A DNA stretch of 60,239 nt, counting the filler, from Xylographa opegraphella (Eukaryota): NCBI GenBank assembly GCA_022813865.1. It is 2 parts of 2 records of this genome, joined end to end, with 100 filler letters (N's around TTAATTAATTAA, not from the genome) between each part and the next. Parts side by side here need not be neighbours in the genome. Positions count along the whole stretch, not along the records: positions 30,469 to 60,239 come from JALDZX010000120.1; 1 more part is not named here. The stretch is one strand, 5' to 3'. Both the position numbers and the translations under genes were made by a program. Shown here piece by piece: positions 53,015-60,239 of the stretch (position 1 is its first letter; every line of letters starts with the position of its first letter). The notes beneath the pieces were generated by a model, which saw nothing but the letters and a program-made list of their open reading frames with translations, was not told the DNA's origin and searched no databases.

Positions 53015-55017
53015 AACGTATTATAGTTACAAATCGTAGATTTCTGCTACAACGACAGTTATAAACCGCGAGTTTTTACTGTAACTACAAAATGCAGACT
53101 TCGACTGCAGTTGTAACGGCGTGTTACATGGCACCTTAACAAGTGATAGACGGAACGGGACTAAAGCGCGTCCGGGACTCAGGCTAGTTCGAAAGCGGTT
53201 AGGAGTCTTGGCGTTAGCACTGTTTATTTTAACGTCTACGTGTATTACTAAACTTGCTTCCTTGTATTATTCTAGGTTGAAATCGCTCACCTATAGCTGT
53301 GGTTCTAGGCCTGCTTTTCTGGTGAGATAGCGAGCCGTAACAGCAGTTATTTTGATTACTTATTAAAGTTTCTGCTATATATAATTAATCAAGGTTTTTT
53401 TTAATTGAAAAACTTTATATATATGAAGAAAGCTTTCAATTTTGCAGATTATTATTGTTTATTATTCATATAATTACCCGCTTTCAACAGTATTTACAAT
53501 ATATATTAATACTATTTACTTTATTGATAGATAATTAATATAGTATTTTACTAAATTTATTTATTAATTTAAACGAATAATTTAAATATTGTTTTAATTT
53601 TTCATTTTACTACCTTTACTAGCTATATAAATCTTGGTTTATTTTATTTCACTTTATTTTTTAAATTAATTACTTTTAATTTTAGTTTATTTCACTTAAT
53701 TGCTTTTATTTTATTTTTATATTATTTATTAAATTTCTGGGTACAAAAGTCGAGAAGCAGTTAATTATTTCAATTTGTTCGCATTTTTTTTTATTAATTT
53801 TACCTATTATTTTATTATTTTACGTTAGTTATAGATTCTTTTAAAGATAAATAAGGAAATTAATTTTATTTTTTATTATTTTCGTACGATTGTTTTGTTG
53901 TTAATATTTTAATATATATAATTGTTTTATCGTAATTTAATTAAAATATTAAGTTAGTATTTCTATTATTAATTTTTAGAATAAAATTTACGTATTAATT
54001 AAACTCGTATTTATTAATATTAAAGGTAATTATTTATTCGATTTAAATTGAAGTCGAAACTTTTCGAAAGCTAATACGTATTTTATTAAAATATTTTAAA
54101 ACTATTAAAATTGAATTATTCAAATTTAATAAATTAAGAATACCTCGCTAAAAAAACTTTTACTTTTAAATAGATAGTTAATAAACGTCGCAGCGATTCG
54201 TTAAGTTTATAAAATTTTCGACTGTAATTTAATAATTTTTTTAAAGATCAATCAAACGCTTAAAATCGAAATATTTCGAAAAAGGTTTATAAAAAATATT
54301 AGTACTTTTTTAATTAATAATGAAATAATACCTTCGATTATTTTATTAATTATAAATTTAATTTTCGCAGCAAAAGTTAAAATATATTTAATAATTTTAT
54401 TAAAATTTTTAAAAGGCTTTGTTAATTGAAAGTGTTTTTTTAAAGTAAATAAACGTTTTAATTTTTAAAATAATAATTTTTATTTAATTAAAATTAAATT
54501 TATCGTTCTATAGTATTTTTATAATTAGCGTTTTATAGTTTTTTTTAAAATTAATCAATTTTCGAATCTTTTTTAACATTTTAAATAATTTTTAATTTAG
54601 ATTAAAGTATAAATTATGTTTATAAGTAATTTATCGCTATCGTAAGCACTGCGATAATTTTAATTATAATAAATTTAACATAGATATAAATATATTAATT
54701 ATAAGCATTTATCGCTTAATATTTTAAGGCAGAAAAGATAAGTTATTTCGAGTTTAATAATAATATTATATATAATAAAATTAGCAATAAAAAATAATTT
54801 ATCATAATGAATGAAATTTTATCACGCGTTTTCGAGTAAAGAAATTAATAAAAATATTAAATACATTAAAACATAATTTTAATACTTGCCTGCTAAACAA
54901 AGCTAATAGATAATATATTAAAAAATTAAATAAATTTTTTCGTTTAAATTTGTATAATAATTTAAATAGTATAAAATTTTAAAAAATAAATTTCGATTTT
55001 TTTTTAGCATTTCTTTT
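53015..55017. mobile_element. Unclassified repeat family D, copy 2 (interrupted by B)
   Basis: Colinear with 31921-33600. Confidence 0.75.
53112..53342 (+). mobile_element. Solo-LTR family B (231 bp)
   Basis: TGTAACGGC...GCCGTAACA termini, perfect TSD GCAGT. Confidence 0.92.
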
Positions 55018-55248
55018 TGTTACGGCTCGCTATCTCACCAGAAAAGCAGGCCTAGAACCACAGCTATAGGTGAGCGATTTCAACCTAGAATAATACAAGG
55101 AAGCAAGTTTANNNNNNNNNGTAGAAGTTAAAATAAACAGTGCTAACGCCAAGACTCCTAACCGCTTTCGAACTAGCCTGAGTCCTGGACGCGCTTTAGT
55201 CCCGTTCCGTCTATCACTTGTTAAGGTGCCATGTAACACGCCGTTACA
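55018..55248 (-). mobile_element. Family B LTR (contains an N gap; flanks do not form a TSD)
   Basis: Near-identical to 743-973; flanks CTTTT / ATATA. Confidence 0.88.
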
Positions 55249-55735
55249 ATATATACGTATAAAAAACGTAATAAAATATAAAATAAATAAATATTTTAAT
55301 AAGATAATTAAAACGTTGTTAAATAATACTAAATTTATCGTAAAATTATTGAAATTTCCGAAATTAAAATGATTTAGAAAATTATAAAAAGATTTATTAA
55401 TAATAATACTGCTATTTAACGTTATTATTTTAATTTTTTTAATTGTCTACGAATATAAACTTGCGAACGAAATGATAATTTATAATAATATATTAATTAT
55501 TATATTTTTAAAATTTGCTGCGGCGAAATACCTTGATTGTTAAATTAATAAAGAAAATACTGCGAACGTATTTAAATTTAAATAAATATATTTATTTTTA
55601 ATAAATAATTAAAAAAATACTACAAATTTAAATAAATTTAAATATGTTGAATAAAATAACGACATCGTAATATTATCCATAAAGCCTTTAAAAATTATAT
55701 TTTTAAAAAAATAAACGAGACTTATTATATTATTT

Positions 55736-56320
55736 GGTTAAAAATAACGTTGCCTGGCAAAATATTTTTTATATTGCCTGAAGGCAATTTAAACGTGAAT
55801 CTGCTTTTAAACTGACGTAGTTATATATAAAGGCGTTTCTTTTCTTTAAGAAAAAAACAATTTTTGACGTATTTTAATAAATAGTTTAATAAAGCACTAA
55901 TTTGACTATTTTTGTGACGGCTATGACATCAGTCACAGGTGATAGGGGTCGGGCTGGATCAGGACTAGCACCTTTAGTATATAGTCTCGCCCATGGAGNN
56001 NNNNNNNNNNNNNNNNATCTTAATCTGGGTTGAAATCGTCCACCTAAAGCTTACGTTCTAGGCGTGCTTGCGTGGTGAGTTGATGAGCCATAACAATTTT
56101 AATTTTATTTATTTATTTAAACTGATTATAAACTCGGGTTCGCGTAACGATTAAAATAAATAATCGTATGAAATAATTTAATCCTTAATAGCTTACTATG
56201 AAATTTAATATTAATAAATACTATAATTATTTATTACGCGTTTTTTACGATAAAATAAAGAACCATATATTTTATTAAATATTATTATTATAATTCGATA
56301 AAATTTTTGAGTTTGGAAAT
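55736..56320 (+). mobile_element. Copia family G 5' LTR (55736-56122, with A nested) plus PBS and short internal stub
   Basis: RIP-mutated reverse complement of 49225-49424, followed by TGATTATAAACTCGGG (de-RIP TGGTTATGAGCCCGGG, a Copia-type PBS). Confidence 0.7.
55913..56095 (+). mobile_element. Solo-LTR family A (183 bp)
   Basis: TGTGACGGCT...AGCCATAACA termini, perfect TSD ATTTT. Confidence 0.92.
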
Positions 56321-56563
56321 TAAAATTCAAAATAATATTTTGCATATTATCGGGGTATATTATATAATATTCTGAGATTTCAAGTTTAATATCAATTCAA
56401 GTAAACTCTGAATATATTAATGTCACGACTTCGGGTGGTGTTTGCATTTAACGAATTCATGTTGAATGTACGCGATGTTCAACTTTTTGATTGCAAGGTA
56501 TGAATTCAGAAATCTCCCTCCATGCTAAGGATCGAAGGTACAAATCTAATCGCCACACAAGCA

Positions 56564-58743
56564 TCAATGGCTACAAGATCGACCGATTACAAAAACGCCG
56601 ATAATAACCACTGCTAAAGTGACAACAGCACTTGGAAGAAGTAGATCATTTGAAACACCGGCTACGAGTTGCGGTTGTTCTTTCTTTGCCTGATGCGCTG
56701 CTGGTTTTCTTCCGCTTCGCACAGGCGTGTCCATGGTATCCTCGTCCTCGCCACCCTCATGCTGCTGTCTCCGCCGTCCATTTACCACAGACGCTGGTGG
56801 CGTTATAGGTTTCGAGAGCGCCGGATGGGGATCCAAAGTAGCAGTCATCGGTGGCTTCGTTGGATCGTGAACAAAGAGGTCGACTTTGTCCCGATGACCA
56901 CTTTGAGCAATGCTGATTGCATCAATGAGATCTTGATCTCTGGTGATTGATACAGTGTCACCTTCATTATCTAGATAACTGAGGGCGTATCCGGAACCCC
57001 CGATCTTTCCATCTTCGAAACTGGCTGCGCCACCTACAGTAGCGATTTCTGTACCAAGTTTTGCTGTTACATTCGCAATAAGTTCTGCCATACCTCCAGA
57101 AGCTGAGACCTGCAATCTATGCACACGGCCGCTAGGCGCCTTGAATTTGAACGGGAACGGTGCATCCTCTGAAGCTGGCGATGGTTCCATGAACTCGGAG
57201 CGAGAGTCGTCCCCATTATGTGATGCGGATTCGCCTGGCAATACACTATCACCTCGATCTATTATGGGCCGTAAGGAAGGATCGGGAGACATGAGTGAAC
57301 GCCCCGGGGTCTGCACACGATGACTGCCTTCTCCAGAAACTATAGATTCTGTTTCTTGGTCAAGTGAAAGCCAGAACTTATTCCAAGCTGGACCTTCGTT
57401 GTCGCCTGTTGACATCGTGTTAATCTGCTACCAATTAACATGTAGCAATATACAGGCACACTGACAGACCTGCTCCAACGTTGCATAAGTTAGCTTTAAA
57501 ACATCGACCATGCCAACAATCTCTCCTGCGTCATTCATTACTGGGAGGTTAAGGTAATGGCCGTCTTGGATAAATTAGCTGTATGCCAAAGTAACGTCAG
57601 CAGACTGGACGTACCATGCATCTTCCTCAAAGCCGCCTGAATGCTCATGTCCATGGGCGCGAAGTCCGGATGAGGAGTCATGACTCTTACCACACTACAC
57701 TTAGCAGGATCTAAACCAGGCGCGATAACTCGCAGGACCACGTCTTTGCTGGTAAATATGCCAGTAATGGAGCCTTGATCTTGAACAAGAACAGCAGTGG
57801 TATGATTCTCTTTCATTAAGCTTGCTGCTTCCTTAACTGTAGTGCGAACATTTACTGTGGTTGGGGGTAATCCGTTGAGAACACACTCGAGCGTCGGCCC
57901 CGACATTTTATGTCTCAAAGCCTCAACGTATTGAATGATCTGCTGCGGCTGACTGGAACCAAGTTCGGACTGTACTCCCTCGAGTGCATCATACAACTTT
58001 CGAGACGAGCTGTAGGCACGTTCAAGTTTTTCCATCGCATCGTAAAAGCATTTCGTAATATCCAGTATACCAGAGATGTCTTGGTTCTCGTCCATTACAG
58101 GTAGATGTCTAAAACCCTTTCGAACCATGAGATCCAATGCATCGGTAGCACTTGTGTCCGTTCGCGCGCACAGCGGGTTCTTCGTCATGATTTCAGATAT
58201 CATGATATCTCTGGCTTTGATACCCGCCCCTACAACACGGAATGCAAGATCCTTGGCGGTGAATATGCCAGCGATACGATCGTCGTCGTCTGTAACTAGT
58301 ACACAATCTTCTCTCTTTGCTGCCATCAACTGAGCTGCTTCTGCGACGGTCGTGTTGGGCTTAATTTGTAAAGCCTGACTGGGCTTCAAAGCCAGCACGG
58401 TTCCAGGAGGGGCCTTACGGGTATGTCGTGCTCTATTTGGGACATGCTTCTTCTTGTTAAGATCCGCCTCCATCTTCTTCCTTATTGCCTATACGTCAGA
58501 GACTTAGTATGGTTGTTTCAATCTTATGTCCTCGAGACAGACCTCATCCCGCTTAGATTGTTTCTGCCTGCTTGCACTCATGGTGGATGTACCAGTCTCA
58601 CTTTGCAAATTCGAGCTTGGTTGGGTCTCTAGCTTAGGGCGTGGAACAGGAATAGCTGAAGGGCTATTCTCGAAACCAGGAAGTTGTCCTCGGCCTTGTC
58701 CTCGACCAGGTGTACCTCTGTATGTACCACCAGCAGCGGACAT
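56564..58743 (-). CDS. CBS-domain (two pairs) + PB1 + C-terminal transmembrane protein (Mug70-like), 4 exons: 58743-58543, 58488-57615, 57564-57470, 57424-56564; 676 aa
   Basis: Three GT..AG introns (54, 50, 45 nt) join the ORF-track pieces into one 2031-nt frame. CBS motifs GIFTAKDL, FRHLPV, GHYLNLPV; PB1 motifs FKFKAPSGRVHR and LSYLDNEGDTV; hydrophobic tail. Confidence 0.93.
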
Positions 58744-58963
58744 TATGATTATAAATAGCCGGTTTTGCGGAATAGATCGAATAACGAATTTCTTGATTGG
58801 TTGTCATGAACGGACACTCGTGTTTACACTGAATCGGCGCTAACTACTAGACTCTGTTACCGGGTAACGGGCTACACCCTAAAAGCGGGCCACTAAGTTA
58901 AGCGAGACGCGAGGGCTAGGGTACGCATTAAAATAGATAAAATCAACACAATTAAATTATTAT

Positions 58964-59580
58964 ATTGCTGCAGCTGTGGGTCCCAGGTCCCTGCTGTTAC
59001 TACGGGGGGTGCAAACTCTGGCTGCAATTGCGCTGATTACGTATTGGAGTTTCTGCCATACATGACTAATAAAAGTGTTCTGTTTAATTAAAAAATCTTG
59101 TATAAATATAAATAAAGTTTTCGATTTTATAAATTATTATTTTTTATTATTTATATAATTACTTCGTTTTTAGTAGTATTTATTATAAATAATAATTCCA
59201 TTTATTTTGTTAATAAATTGTTTATTTATTATTTTATTAAATTTATTTATTAATTCGAACGAACAATTCGAGTATTATTTTAATTCATTATTATTATAAT
59301 AATTATAGAAGTCCTGGTTTATTTTATTTTATTTTTTAAAAAATCAATTATTTTAAATCCTGATTTATTTTATTCAATTGTTTTTATTAATTTTATTTTT
59401 GTATTATTTACAAAATTTCTGGGTACAAAAATCGAGAATTAATTAATTAAATTAATTAATTCGTATTTTTTGTTAATTTTATTTATTAATTTATTTATTT
59501 ACGTTGTTTATCAGTTCTTTTAAACATGAATCAAGAAATTAATTTTATTTTTCGTTATTTTTTCGACGTTTATTTTATTC
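58964..59580. mobile_element. Unclassified repeat family D, copy 3 (terminal part, least mutated)
   Basis: Colinear with 31921-32500; the first ~120 nt are GC-normal. Confidence 0.75.
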
Positions 59581-59584
59581 ATTG

Positions 59585-59747
59585 AAAATAATTTCACATC
59601 GGCGACACCAATACTTAAAAAATCTTTAATTAATTATTCGTATTTTACGAGTATATACATCGTCAAGTTTACGCCAGTTTTTTTCGCGATAAATTTTTTA
59701 TTAAAGGCCTTAAATTAAGGGTAGTTAAATTAATTAAATATTGATTA
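59585..59747 (+). mobile_element. Fragment homologous to the 5' region of the first LINE
   Basis: Reverse complement of ~19940-20097 (CATCGGCGAYACCAAT...TTTACGCCAG). Confidence 0.7.
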
Positions 59748-59931
59748 TGTTACGGCTCATCAACTCACCACACAAGCACGCCTAGAACGTAAGCTTTAGG
59801 TGGACGATTTNNNNNNNNNNNNNNNNNNNNNNNNNNNNNNNNNNNNNNNNNNNNNNNNNNTATATACTAAAGGTGCTAGTCCTGATCCAGCCCGACCCCT
59901 ATTACCTGTGACTGATGTCATAGCTGTCACA
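59748..59931 (-). mobile_element. Family A LTR (contains an N gap; flanks do not form a TSD)
   Basis: Reverse complement of A; flanks GATTA / AAAAC. Confidence 0.88.
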
Positions 59932-60176
59932 AAAACTGTTGATCGAAAAATAAAATATTTAAATTGTAAATAAATATATACTTAAAATTTTGGGTAAAGT
60001 CGAAATTTAAAAAAGAATTAGCTATTTTTATATAAAAAGAATACGAAATTTATTTTAATTTTAAAAGATTAAGCTAATATTAATAAATATATAAAAAATA
60101 ATCTTACAAAAAGATTATATTTAATATAAAATAACTAGCCTTTAAATGAAAATTAATAACAACGAAAAAAGCGGTT

Positions 60177-60239
60177 TGTGACGATTATGACATCAGTCAC
60201 AAGAAATAGGGGTCGGGCTGGATCAGGACTAGCACCTTT
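60177..60239 (+). mobile_element. Family A LTR, partial (window edge)
   Basis: Matches the first 63 nt of A. Confidence 0.9.

Noticed and set aside
53121..53330. 69-aa ORF repeated at 55030-55239
   Set aside because: It lies wholly within the B LTR, has no ATG start, and its conservation reflects recent copy identity rather than coding selection.
53112..55248. Inverted pair of B copies as a composite transposon
   Set aside because: The 53112 copy has its own perfect TSD (GCAGT) and family D continues through it, so the two copies are independent insertions.
56669..58843. Plus-strand and alternative-frame ORFs overlapping the CBS-PB1 gene (and 50190-50456 over SPF27)
   Set aside because: They are shadow frames of genuine genes with no recognisable domains.
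1..60239. Inverted A sequences at both window ends as TIRs of a 60-kb element or linear replicon
   Set aside because: Both ends stop inside a high-copy solo LTR near where internal A copies also have N gaps; this is best explained by assembly breaks.

Overview
Eukaryotic DNA, almost certainly from a filamentous ascomycete (Pezizomycotina) genome scaffold. About 90% of the window is very AT-rich nested transposon debris that has been heavily mutated C->T/G->A by repeat-induced point mutation (RIP), with CpG conspicuously spared. Reading through the RIP damage I identify several Ty3/Gypsy (chromovirus-type) LTR elements, two Tad1-like LINEs, Copia-type LTRs, a foldback-like element with long modular inverted repeats, an unclassified 3-copy repeat, and a >=8 kb fossil DNA transposon that carries both an SNF2-family helicase and a CACTA/Plavaka-like transposase. 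Short (183-231 bp) solo LTRs with 5-bp TSDs remain almost unmutated. Only two intact host genes are present, both on the minus strand and both spliced: a BCAS2/SPF27 splicing factor (50224-50927), whose first exon appears hit by RIP leakage, and a CBS+PB1+TM protein (56564-58743). Family letters A-H are my own labels. All 'de-RIP' readings are manual reversals of transitions, not database hits. Boundaries of degraded elements are approximate.
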